The notes under the pieces were generated by a model. That model was not told where the DNA came from and did no database searches. It worked only from the letters and a program-made list of their open reading frames with translations. Position numbers and translations under genes: made by a program. This document shows, piece after piece, positions 35,115 through 42,557 of a DNA stretch of 42,567 nucleotides; positions within the stretch are counted from its first letter, which is position 1; every line of letters starts with the position of its first letter. Origin of the DNA: a virus (Duplodnaviria; Caudoviricetes); the IMG/VR virus record IMGVR_UViG_3300025018_000250, positions 1 through 42,567 of that record; one strand, given 5' to 3'.

Positions 35115-35584
35115 GCCGCGCCCTCCCCGCCCGCGGCGTCTGGCGGCCAGATGGTCAGGTTGCGCAGCACGCCGCCGCGCGGCACGAAGGCCAGCGCGCC
35201 GTCGTCGCGGCGGACGTAGTAGGTGGCCTCGCCCTCAAGGATCACATGGCCCTCGACCTGGACGCCGGGCCGCACGGCGTCGCCGCCGGCGTGGGCGACC
35301 ACGCGGTCGCCGACATGGGCGCGGGCGCCGGGCCACGGGCGGTCGGCGGCCAGCGCGGCGGACTGGCGCGCCACCACGTCGGCGATGCGCCCGAGGTCGC
35401 GGTCGATCACGTCGGCGCGCGCCCAGTCGTCTAGCCAGCCGTCCGCCTCGGCCTGCTCCATCGCCTCGGCGGCGATCCGCACCGCCAGCACGGCGCGCTG
35501 CGACGGATCGAGCGCGGCCAGCGCGGCGCGCAGACGGGCGTGGGCGCCCCGGGCGCCGGGGGCTTCGGGGTCAGGCCGCGTCAT
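35111..35584 (-). CDS. Hypothetical protein (SH3-like C-terminus)
   Basis: Coupled ORF; 'VGDRVV...G.V...YYVRRDDG'. Confidence 0.6.
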   Translation of the reverse strand: MTRPDPEAPGARGAHARLRAALAALDPSQRAVLAVRIAAEAMEQAEADGWLDDWARADVIDRDLGRIADVVARQSAALAADRPWPGARAHVGDRVVAHAGGDAVRPGVQVEGHVILEGEATYYVRRDDGALAFVPRGGVLRNLTIWPPDAAGGEGAA

Positions 35585-35784
35585 CGCGCGCCGCCCTGCT
35601 GCGCCATCGGGCGGCGCCCAAGTCGGGCCTCCAGCGCCTTGCGCATTTCGTCGCGGCCCTGCTGGCGCCGGATGCCGACGCGCATCGCCCAGTGGCAGAT
35701 GTCCTGCATGTCGGCGGCGAGCACGGCGAGGTCGGCCTCGGTGAGGTCGGCGCCGCGGGGTATCTGCATTGGATCAGGCTGCAT
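35581..35784 (-). CDS. Hypothetical protein
   Basis: RBS GGGAGAG; coupled to the next ORF. Confidence 0.55.
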   Translation of the reverse strand: MQPDPMQIPRGADLTEADLAVLAADMQDICHWAMRVGIRRQQGRDEMRKALEARLGRRPMAQQGGAR

Positions 35785-36034
35785 CGGTCTCTCCCGTGAT
35801 GCGGTTGACAAGCGCTGCCAGCGCCCGGCGGGCGGCGGCGGGGTCGGCGCCGTAGGCGTCGAGTGTCAGCGCGGCGCCGCCGTCGCGCAGCGTGACGGTG
35901 CAGCGGGCGTTGCGGCGCAGCGCGAACAGCGCGGCGGAGTCGTCGCCGCGCCTGGCGGTCTGGCGCGCCTCAAGATCGCGCAGCAGCGCGCCGACGCGGG
36001 CGGGCAGCCCGGCGAGGAAGGCGTCATCCGGCAT
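35774..36034 (-). CDS. Hypothetical protein
   Basis: RBS GGAG; operon context. Confidence 0.5.
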   Translation of the reverse strand: MPDDAFLAGLPARVGALLRDLEARQTARRGDDSAALFALRRNARCTVTLRDGGAALTLDAYGADPAAARRALAALVNRITGETDAA

Positions 36035-36362
36035 GGCTGGCTCCGGTCCTGTCCGGCGTGGCCGCCGCCGGGCGGTCGTCGAGCACCGCGTCGATCAGGG
36101 CGGGGTCGGCGGCGAGCACGCGCAGCAGGCGGTCGGCGATCTGACGCGGGCTGATGCCGCGCGCGGCGGCGGCCTCCGCCAGCGCCGCCGAGCCGCTGAT
36201 CCGTCGCGTCGCCTTGGTTGCGTTGAGCAGATCGGCGGTGACGACGGTGCGCGGCAGGCCGAGCGCCGTGGCGATCGCGCCGAGCTCATGGCCCTGCCGC
36301 AGCATCGCCACCACGGCGGCGGCGCGGCTGGGGTGGCCGGCGCAGGGGATCGGACCGGCCAT
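36024..36362 (-). CDS. Putative HTH DNA-binding protein
   Basis: 'HPSRAAAVVAMLRQG...IA.ALG', 'AAAARGIS...LL..LA.D..LIDAVLDD'. Confidence 0.65.
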   Translation of the reverse strand: MAGPIPCAGHPSRAAAVVAMLRQGHELGAIATALGLPRTVVTADLLNATKATRRISGSAALAEAAAARGISPRQIADRLLRVLAADPALIDAVLDDRPAAATPDRTGASHAG

Positions 36363-36682
36363 CAGAGCGGCCTCCGCCCGTCGATGATGTCGTCGAGCCA
36401 CGCCGGCGCGCCGTCCGGCTGACGGCCGACGCACGCCTCCGCCGCGCCGATGGCGTCGAGCTTGGCCTCGACGCGCGCCACGTCCGCCGCGTCGACGGCG
36501 CATTCTCCGCGCTGGCGATGCCGCGCGGCCGGGTTCGGCGCCAAGCCGCCGCCGGACGCCTCGGCGAAAATCCACGCGCCGTTGATGTCGGCCTCGACGT
36601 CGGCGCGCAGGTGCGGCAGGGCGAGCCGCAGGGCGCGCCGGCCCGCCAGCAGCTGCGCGAGAAGCGAGGGCGCGAGGATCAT
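36362..36682 (-). CDS. Hypothetical protein
   Basis: Coupled ORF. Confidence 0.5.
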   Translation of the reverse strand: MILAPSLLAQLLAGRRALRLALPHLRADVEADINGAWIFAEASGGGLAPNPAARHRQRGECAVDAADVARVEAKLDAIGAAEACVGRQPDGAPAWLDDIIDGRRPL

Positions 36683-37164
36683 TCGCGCGCTCCGCACCAG
36701 ACCGGGCGGGCGCCGCGCGCGATCTCGCGGCCCGCGCCGTCGTGGGGCCACGGGCGCAGCGTCTCGAGCCCGGCCTCCTCGCCCAGCGCGCGGACCGCGC
36801 CGGTCAGCGGCCAGCCGAGCCACGCGCCCTCAAGGATCGCCGCGTCGCCCACCGCGCGGCCCCAGCGGTCGGCGTAGGCGGCGCGCACCGAGACGATCAC
36901 GCCGGAATGCGCCTCGCCGGGGCCGAAGTGCGCCTCGACCAGCGCGCGGACGGCGCGGCCGTGCGCGGCGCAGGGGCCGGTGACCTCCGGCGCGTCGACG
37001 TCGCGCAGCCGCAGCCGCAAGGTCGACCCGCCGGCGCAGGCGACGTCGAAGGTGTCGCCGTCCACGACGCGGGCGATCTCGCCGACGCAGGCTGCGGGCT
37101 CCGCCGCCGGGGCGGCCCCCGCCCAGAGCAGGGCGACGGCGGCGATGACCGGCGCGGCGGTCAT
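36679..37164 (-). CDS. Thermonuclease (SNase-like) with signal peptide
   Basis: 'VVDGDT', 'RLRDVDAPE', 'DRWGR' catalytic motifs; hydrophobic N-terminus ending in APAA. Confidence 0.85.
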   Translation of the reverse strand: MTAAPVIAAVALLWAGAAPAAEPAACVGEIARVVDGDTFDVACAGGSTLRLRLRDVDAPEVTGPCAAHGRAVRALVEAHFGPGEAHSGVIVSVRAAYADRWGRAVGDAAILEGAWLGWPLTGAVRALGEEAGLETLRPWPHDGAGREIARGARPVWCGARE

Positions 37165-37490
37165 GACGCGGCCCTTTCGGCGCGGCCGGCCAGCCGCGCG
37201 CGCTCATGGGCGCGACGGGACCAGCCGCGCAGCGCCTCGGCGCGGCAGGACGTCGAGTGGGTGACGAGGCCAAGCAGCCGGAACCGCCATCCGCCGCCCG
37301 TGGCGCGCAGGTCCGCGCCAAGCTCGGCGGCGACCGCGTCGCAGGCTGCGTCGGAGCGCGCCCACCAGGCGCGCCAGTCGCCGGACCAGCACTGCGGCGC
37401 GGCGGGCCGGGGGCCAAGCCCGCGCAGCGTGTCGTCGATCCTGTCGGCGGCGGCGCGCAGGGCGGCCGTCGCGGGGTCGGGGTCGGTCAT
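37161..37490 (-). CDS. Hypothetical protein
   Basis: RBS GAGGAG; coupled. Confidence 0.55.
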   Translation of the reverse strand: MTDPDPATAALRAAADRIDDTLRGLGPRPAAPQCWSGDWRAWWARSDAACDAVAAELGADLRATGGGWRFRLLGLVTHSTSCRAEALRGWSRRAHERARLAGRAERAAS

Positions 37491-37501
37491 CGTGCGGCTC
37501 C

Positions 37502-37759
37502 TCACAGAAGTTTCGGGTGGTTGGCGGGGCGGCCGGTCCAGCCCATCTGGTCGGCCTTCCAGACCATGACGCGGGCGTTGAGCGTCACGCCGATCTCGGC
37601 GGCGTCGACGGCCCTGTCGGTGATCGTGTCGAGGCAGGTGCGGGGCACCCATTGGCGGTCGCCGTCGACCTCGAGCCAGACCGCGAGCGGCCTGCGCCCG
37701 GCGAGGCGGGCCTCGACGCTGCGGTATTTCGGGCGCTCGACGGCGTCGGGGCCGGTCAC
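37502..37759 (-). CDS. Hypothetical protein (small beta-barrel)
   Basis: 'LAVWLEVDGDRQWVPRT..' pattern; GTG start. Confidence 0.55.
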   Translation of the reverse strand: MTGPDAVERPKYRSVEARLAGRRPLAVWLEVDGDRQWVPRTCLDTITDRAVDAAEIGVTLNARVMVWKADQMGWTGRPANHPKLL

Positions 37760-37924
37760 GGCGCGAACCCTAGCGCGGCGGCGAGCCCGGCGAGGTCGGC
37801 GGCGCGGAAATGCGCCTCCAGCGCCAGCGCGGCGATCAGGACCACGTGGCGCGGGCCGAGCATCGGCGCGGTTGCGCGCGGGGCCGGATCGGGCCACCTT
37901 GGGGGGATTGCAGGGGAGGACGGC

Positions 37925-38356
37925 ATGGATTTCATCCTGCTGGCGGCGCTCGGCGCCATGTGCGGCGCGGTGCTGGGGTTGTGGGTCGGGATGGCGCGCG
38001 GGCGGCCCGGGCTGGGGCTGGCGCTGGGCCTGCTGGGCGCGGTCCCGGTCGCGGTGCTGGCGGCGGCGATCGGGGCGGAGACGGCGCTGGCGCTGATCGT
38101 GCGGGGCGCGCCCGAGACGCTGCCGACCGCGCTCGCGCTGCTGAAGGCGCTGACCATGGCGGCGCCGGCGCTCGCCGGGCTGCTGCTGGGGGCGTTGTGC
38201 CCGCGCGCGGCGCCGCCGGAAGACTGGCGGGCGCGGATCGAGGCGGAGGAGGCGCACCGCGCCGCGGTCAGGGCGAAGCTGGACGGGGGAAGCGCGGGCG
38301 CCGGGCGGGCCGAGCCGACGCTGGCGCGGCCGGACTGGCGGCCCAAGGCAAAATAG
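37925..38356 (+). CDS. Multi-pass membrane protein on the opposite strand (moron)
   Basis: 3-4 hydrophobic helices; strong RBS GGGGAGGA. Confidence 0.7.
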   Translation: MDFILLAALGAMCGAVLGLWVGMARGRPGLGLALGLLGAVPVAVLAAAIGAETALALIVRGAPETLPTALALLKALTMAAPALAGLLLGALCPRAAPPEDWRARIEAEEAHRAAVRAKLDGGSAGAGRAEPTLARPDWRPKAK

Positions 38357-38372
38357 GCGGCGTCGGGCGCAG

Positions 38373-38564
38373 TCATGGCAAGGCCCGGTGCAGGCGGGCG
38401 ACGGTGCGCGCCCAGCGGGATTCCGCGACGCGGTTGCGGGCCTCGTGAAGCTCGCGGGCGCGGGCCGGGCTGGCCTTGGGGTGGGTCAGGGCCTCGCGGC
38501 GGCACCAGGCGGCGCTGCGCAGCTCGGCGACGGCGACGGCCGTCCAGCGGGCGGCGGCGGTCAT
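38373..38564 (-). CDS. Hypothetical protein
   Basis: Second ORF of the PL operon; ATGA coupling. Confidence 0.5.
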   Translation of the reverse strand: MTAAARWTAVAVAELRSAAWCRREALTHPKASPARARELHEARNRVAESRWARTVARLHRALP

Positions 38565-38623
38565 TCTTCCGCGCTCCTGAGCAGGCTGGCGGCGGACTGG
38601 CGGCGGTTTGGTTTGCGGATCAT
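38561..38623 (-). CDS. 20-aa basic leader peptide MIRKPNRRQSAASLLRSAEE
   Basis: RBS GACGGAGA; first ORF after PL; coupled to the next gene. Confidence 0.4.
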   Translation of the reverse strand: MIRKPNRRQSAASLLRSAEE

Positions 38624-38628
38624 GGCGC

Positions 38629-38704
38629 TTTCTCCGTCTGTGGCGACGGAGAAATCTATGCGCAATGCATAACGTGCGTCAAGCGAAACTATGCGTGACG
38701 CATT
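38629..38704 (-). promoter_or_regulatory. PL/OL: -35 TTGACG (38682-38677); operators TATGCGCAATGCATA (38657-38671) and TATGCGTGACGCATT (38690-38704); 10-bp hairpin 38629-38654
   Basis: Palindromic 15-mers that match those at OR and overlap the promoter. Confidence 0.8.
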
Positions 38705-39288
38705 GCGCTCCGGCGCTCGCGGATCATGCCGACGACTACGCCGAGCACCGCGAGGCGCTGGTCGTCGAGCGGCGCCACCGCGTCGGCGGCCATCGGATCG
38801 CCTGACAGATAGCCGTGCGGCGTCACCCGGCGGATGAGGGTGCGTGCGCGCCCGATGCTGTCAACTTCGTTCAGGATAACGATATCGCCGTTATCTGGCG
38901 TCGCGGCCAAGTCCACGACAAGAACATCGCCATCAAGCATCCCGAATCCATATATTGTTTCCGTCACTCGCCAGACGTCCGACGATCTTGCTTCGGAAAA
39001 CATCGAATGGGCGCGCATGATGAAATGCGCGGAATGGCCACTTGAATTTGAGCCCTGGAGGCGTTCTACCGGCGACTCCTCAAATCCTCCGTCGCCAAAG
39101 AGCAGCCACTGCGCCTCGACGCCCAGCGCCGAGGCGTATTTCTGGGCGGTGGCGGCGTCAAAGGCGCGGTGGCCGTTTTCATGGCCAAAGTACGTCGCGG
39201 CCTTCCAGCCGAACGCGTCGATCGCCGCCTGCGCGGTCGGGTAGCCCCGCTTGATTCTGGCCTGTTTCAGGCGCTCGCTTGCCGTCAT
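38689..39288 (-). CDS. cI: CI-like repressor (XRE HTH plus degenerate S24 domain)
   Basis: 'ERLKQARIKRGY.TA..A..AFGW...TY..HENG.R' HTH; C-terminal 'GDVLVVD...GDIV...VLGVVV'; divergent from a cro-like gene. Confidence 0.85.
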   Translation of the reverse strand: MTASERLKQARIKRGYPTAQAAIDAFGWKAATYFGHENGHRAFDAATAQKYASALGVEAQWLLFGDGGFEESPVERLQGSNSSGHSAHFIMRAHSMFSEARSSDVWRVTETIYGFGMLDGDVLVVDLAATPDNGDIVILNEVDSIGRARTLIRRVTPHGYLSGDPMAADAVAPLDDQRLAVLGVVVGMIRERRSAMRHA

Positions 39289-39365
39289 GCGTTCAGCGTA
39301 GCGGGATCGCCTGTGCAGTGGGCGTTGATGATGCTTGACGCATACTATGCGCTGCGCATAAACCT
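39286..39365 (+). promoter_or_regulatory. PR/OR: -35 TTGACG (39335-39340); operators GATGCTTGACGCATA (39330-39344) and TATGCGCTGCGCATA (39346-39360)
   Basis: Same TATGCG-N3-CGCATA consensus as OL; lies between the divergent cI and cro genes. Confidence 0.8.
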
Positions 39366-39372
39366 GATCGCC

Positions 39373-39666
39373 ATGGACGCAAGACATATCATCCTCCGAT
39401 GGCCAAACCGGGCCGCGCTGGCGGCCGACGCCGGGCGGAGCGTCATCACGGTCCATAGCTGGTGGCGCCGGAACGCCCTGCCCGCCGATATTGACTGCCT
39501 ACTGGTCGAATCGGCGCGCCAGCGCGGAATAGCCCTGTCTTTCGAGGAGCTCGCACGGCTGCGGGCCAAGCGCGGCGCGGAGCCGGTCGAATCGCGGGGC
39601 AATGTCGAGTCGCGCGCTTCCACCGAACATCCCTCCACCGAACATCCCTCCTCCGAGGCGGCCTGA
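39373..39666 (+). CDS. Cro-like HTH protein
   Basis: 'IILRWPNRAALAADAG....V..W.RRN.LP...LV.SA..RGI.LSFEELA'; divergent from cI. Confidence 0.75.
   Translation: MDARHIILRWPNRAALAADAGRSVITVHSWWRRNALPADIDCLLVESARQRGIALSFEELARLRAKRGAEPVESRGNVESRASTEHPSTEHPSSEAA
39619..39648 (+). repeat. 15-bp tandem duplication TCCACCGAACATCCC x2 (STEHP x2)
   Basis: Read directly from the sequence. Confidence 0.9.
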
Positions 39667-39718
39667 CATGGCCGTCGAGCATATCATGGCGGCGGTGCGT
39701 CAGCGCAGCGTGAGCGCA

Positions 39719-39753
39719 CCCAGGTTGCGCGGCGCGGCGTCGCGCAACCTGGG
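39719..39753 (+). promoter_or_regulatory. Strong stem-loop downstream of cro (13-bp perfect stem)
   Basis: CCCAGGTTGCGCG / CGCGCAACCTGGG inverted repeat; no U-tract. Confidence 0.6.
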
Positions 39754-39770
39754 CGAGGGCGGCGGGCGCG

Positions 39771-40025
39771 ATGGCTGAGGGCGCGGAGATGGCGCGGGCG
39801 GCGGGGCTGCCGGTCGATCTGGCGGCGCTGGCGGCGCGGTGGTCGGTGGCGCCCGAGGCGCTGGCGGCGGCGATCGCCCGGAGGGGTCTGGACCCCGCCG
39901 CGGCGGTGGCGGGGTTCGCGGCGCGCTGGCGCGCGGCGGGGCGGCCGGAGCCCGCGCCGGGGCGGTTTGGCTGGGCGGCCGACGCGGCGCCTGAGCGCCG
40001 TCCGGCGCGGGCCGCGCGGCGATGA
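39771..40025 (+). CDS. Hypothetical protein (possible HTH)
   Basis: Coupled ORF in the PR operon. Confidence 0.45.
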   Translation: MAEGAEMARAAGLPVDLAALAARWSVAPEALAAAIARRGLDPAAAVAGFAARWRAAGRPEPAPGRFGWAADAAPERRPARAARR

Positions 40026-40363
40026 GCGGGTTTTCCGAGATCCCCGGCGGCGCGATGGCGTCGGGGCTGGGCGCGGCGGCTGACGATCCCGCGCCGGTTT
40101 CCTCCCTGTCGGACCTCCCCGGCGGCGGGCGCCCGCCCGCGCCGGGGCTTTTCCGGTTCACCGACGAGGGCGCCGCCGCGCTGCGGCGCTTTCTGTCGCG
40201 CGAGGACAATTGGGCGCAGGGCTGTCTGCGCGCCGGGATGCGCTTGCCGGTCAAACCGGACCGCGCCGACCGCCCGTGGCGCGCGCTGCTGTCGCCGGTG
40301 GCGCTGGACGCGATGGACGCCTGCGAGGCGGCCGGCATCTGGGCGCCGGAGGGCGGGGCGTGA
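40022..40363 (+). CDS. Hypothetical protein
   Basis: Coupled ORF. Confidence 0.5.
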   Translation: MSGFSEIPGGAMASGLGAAADDPAPVSSLSDLPGGGRPPAPGLFRFTDEGAAALRRFLSREDNWAQGCLRAGMRLPVKPDRADRPWRALLSPVALDAMDACEAAGIWAPEGGA

Positions 40364-40677
40364 GCAGGGGGCCGGTCTGCGAATTTCTGGTCTGCGACGC
40401 GGCCGGCTGCGGCCACGCCGAGGCGGTCGCCAGCGGGGTGACGGCGCGCATGATCGGGCGGCCCTGCCCGGCGTGCGGCGCCGATCTGCTGACGGCGGCG
40501 GACTTCGCGCTGTTCGAGACGATGCGCGGCGTGGCCGGGGCCGTGGCCGCCGCGCTGCCGCCGCCGGCGGCTGGCGCTGCGCCGCGCGCGGTGCTCGCCC
40601 AGGCGCGCGCCGGGGCGCTGCATGTGGTCGTCGCGCCGTGCGGCGACGTGGTGCCGTTCGCACGAGCCGCGCCATGA
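40360..40677 (+). CDS. Zn-ribbon hypothetical protein
   Basis: 'CDAAGCGH...IGRPCPACGADLLT..D'. Confidence 0.6.
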   Translation: MSRGPVCEFLVCDAAGCGHAEAVASGVTARMIGRPCPACGADLLTAADFALFETMRGVAGAVAAALPPPAAGAAPRAVLAQARAGALHVVVAPCGDVVPFARAAP

Positions 40678-41288
40678 CCGGGCTGGCGGTGGTCGGCGGC
40701 AGCGATCCGGGCGGGGCGGAGGTCTATCCGCTGCCGCTGGGCGTGATGCTGACCCGGTTCGAGGCGGTGACCTGGCGGCCGGCCAGGCTGTTGGGTTCGG
40801 AGCTGGTGGCGCAGGCGGGAGCGAGCGGGGCGCTGGCCTCGGCGCTGCTGCTGCAGGCGCACGCGCTGTCGGACCAGGACCCCGGCGGCACGCTGCCCGC
40901 CGACGACGCGTGGCTGGCCGCGCTGGCCGGGTGCTCGGCGTCGGAGTGGCGCGCGCGCCGGGCGCTGGCGCTACTGGGCTGGACGCCGGTGCGGGTGCGC
41001 GACGCCGAGGGCCGCGACGCGGGGGTGCGGCTGAGCCACCCGGAGGTGCGGCGCGAGGCGGAGCGGCTCTACGCCGCGATGCTGGACCGCGCCGACGACG
41101 TGGCGGCCGCGACCCTGCGCCAGCATCGCGCGCGCATCCGTGGCCAGCTGAGGGCGCTCGGCGCGGGCGGCAAGTGGATGCAGGCGGGGCCGGTGGAGGA
41201 CATCCGGCTGTGGCTGCGGGCGCGGGGGCTGCGCATGGAGCAAGGCCATGTGGAGAGCGCGATGATCGACCTGGAGCGGGGCTGGTGA
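40674..41288 (+). CDS. Putative replication initiator (DUF1376/YdaU-like)
   Basis: 'RLLGSEL', 'QDPGGTLPADDAWLAALAG', 'L.GW', 'RLSHP'; followed directly by iterons. Confidence 0.65.
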   Translation: MTGLAVVGGSDPGGAEVYPLPLGVMLTRFEAVTWRPARLLGSELVAQAGASGALASALLLQAHALSDQDPGGTLPADDAWLAALAGCSASEWRARRALALLGWTPVRVRDAEGRDAGVRLSHPEVRREAERLYAAMLDRADDVAAATLRQHRARIRGQLRALGAGGKWMQAGPVEDIRLWLRARGLRMEQGHVESAMIDLERGW

Positions 41289-41295
41289 GCGGCGG

Positions 41296-41438
41296 CTGTA
41301 ACGCCCCGCTGTCACGGTGCGGGCGTGACAGTCGGCGTGACAGTTGGGCGCGGCGGACGCGCTTGGCCGCCAACTGTCACGGACAAGACTCGATTCGATT
41401 CATAACCCCCTTACCCCCTATGGCGCGCCTGTGGATAA
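41296..41438. other. Putative replication origin: five CTGT(C/A)ACG iterons in both orientations plus DnaA box TGTGGATAA
   Basis: Iterons at 41296, 41309, 41324(rc), 41336(rc) and 41374; perfect TTATCCACA (rc) at 41430-41438. Confidence 0.7.
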
Positions 41439-41454
41439 CCTGGAGAGCTTGGGA

Positions 41455-41745
41455 ATGAAGAAACGCAAGGCCGAGCAGTTTGTGACCGACGCGGAGAGGG
41501 TGGCGACGCTGAAGCGCAAGGCGCTGGAGGCGGCTAAGCAGTTCAGGCGGATGCAGGCGCGCACCGGGCGGGGAGGCATTGTCGTGCGCGAGTATCGCGA
41601 CCGCCGGGTGCTTGGCGCGATCATCCACTGGACGGCCCAGCCGGAGTGGGCCGACGATCCGGCCAACGGCGGGCCGATCACGGTGGAGGACCTGCGCGCG
41701 GCGGGGCTGTCGCCGCCGTCGGTGCTGAAGGGGCGGGCGTCGTGA
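41455..41745 (+). CDS. Basic hypothetical protein
   Basis: RBS GGAGAG; coupled to the next gene. Confidence 0.6.
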   Translation: MKKRKAEQFVTDAERVATLKRKALEAAKQFRRMQARTGRGGIVVREYRDRRVLGAIIHWTAQPEWADDPANGGPITVEDLRAAGLSPPSVLKGRAS

Positions 41746-42398
41746 GCCGGGAGGCGGCGCGGGCCGCGCTGCTGCTCGGGGCGCTGGAGGCGGAGATTGC
41801 GGCGGCGGGGGTGGCGCGCAGGCTGGGGCGGGGCGGCTCGGCGGCGGAGGCGCTCGGCGGCGGGGCGTGGGCGCTGGGGCAGGTCGCCGATCCGGACGCG
41901 CACGACGGGCGGCGGGCGATGACCGGCGTCGGCTGGCTGACCGCGCGGCGGCGGGGGCCGGGGGCGCTGTCGACGCTGGAGCTTGACACGCCGTTGGTGC
42001 GCGCGGCGGAGGGCTATCTCGCGGCCGCGGAGGCGGTGGCGTCCAGCGGGCCCGGCGCGCTGGCGCAGGACGGCGGACGCGGCGGTGGGGTGAGCGACGG
42101 CGGCGCGGTCTCGCGCTGCGCGGCGGCGGCGCGGTGGCGGGCGATGCGCGAGGCGGTCGGCGACGATCTGGTGTTCGGGGCGCGGGCGGGCGCGGAGATG
42201 AGGATGCTCGGCGTGGTCGACGCGGTGGTGCTGGGCGGCGCGTCGCTCAGCGCGGTGGTGCGGGCGAGCGGGCGCGCGCCCAACGGGCGGAGCAAGGCGC
42301 GGGTGGGCGCGGCGCTGGTGATCGGGCTCGACCGGCTCGCGGGCTGGTGGCAGATGCCTGCGATTGGCGTTGACAGGATGGTCCCGGTTCGTGCATGA
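41742..42398 (+). CDS. Putative late-gene activator/antiterminator (Q position, DUF6456-like)
   Basis: Last gene before cos; 'AAEGY...E', 'VVDAVVL.G.SLS.V.RA.G...AL..GLDRLA' C-terminal HTH-like pattern. Confidence 0.55.
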   Translation: MSREAARAALLLGALEAEIAAAGVARRLGRGGSAAEALGGGAWALGQVADPDAHDGRRAMTGVGWLTARRRGPGALSTLELDTPLVRAAEGYLAAAEAVASSGPGALAQDGGRGGGVSDGGAVSRCAAAARWRAMREAVGDDLVFGARAGAEMRMLGVVDAVVLGGASLSAVVRASGRAPNGRSKARVGAALVIGLDRLAGWWQMPAIGVDRMVPVRA

Positions 42399-42518
42399 AA
42401 TGTGCATCATCGCGATACGTGCGGGTCTAGGCTTAAGAGCTGGGTGGCCCGAAGCGCGGGGCTTTGGGAAAATCCTAAGCAGGTTCAACGGCTTGCGGGC
42501 AATGATCGCCGGAAGAGC

Positions 42519-42557
42519 GGGTCCTTCCCGGCAGTTGAAGTATACGGGCAAACGTAG
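42519..42557 (+). other. cosQ (GGGTCCT, 42519-42525) and right cos end
   Basis: GGGTCCT is identical to lambda cosQ and lies 21 nt before the duplicated GGCAAACGTAG. Confidence 0.75.

Noticed and set aside
39626-39644. LexA box (GAAC...GAAC)
   Set aside because: Spacing is 11 nt rather than 7 and arises from the 15-bp coding duplication.
41296-41381. CRISPR array
   Set aside because: Repeats are 8 bp, in mixed orientation and irregularly spaced; no cas genes.
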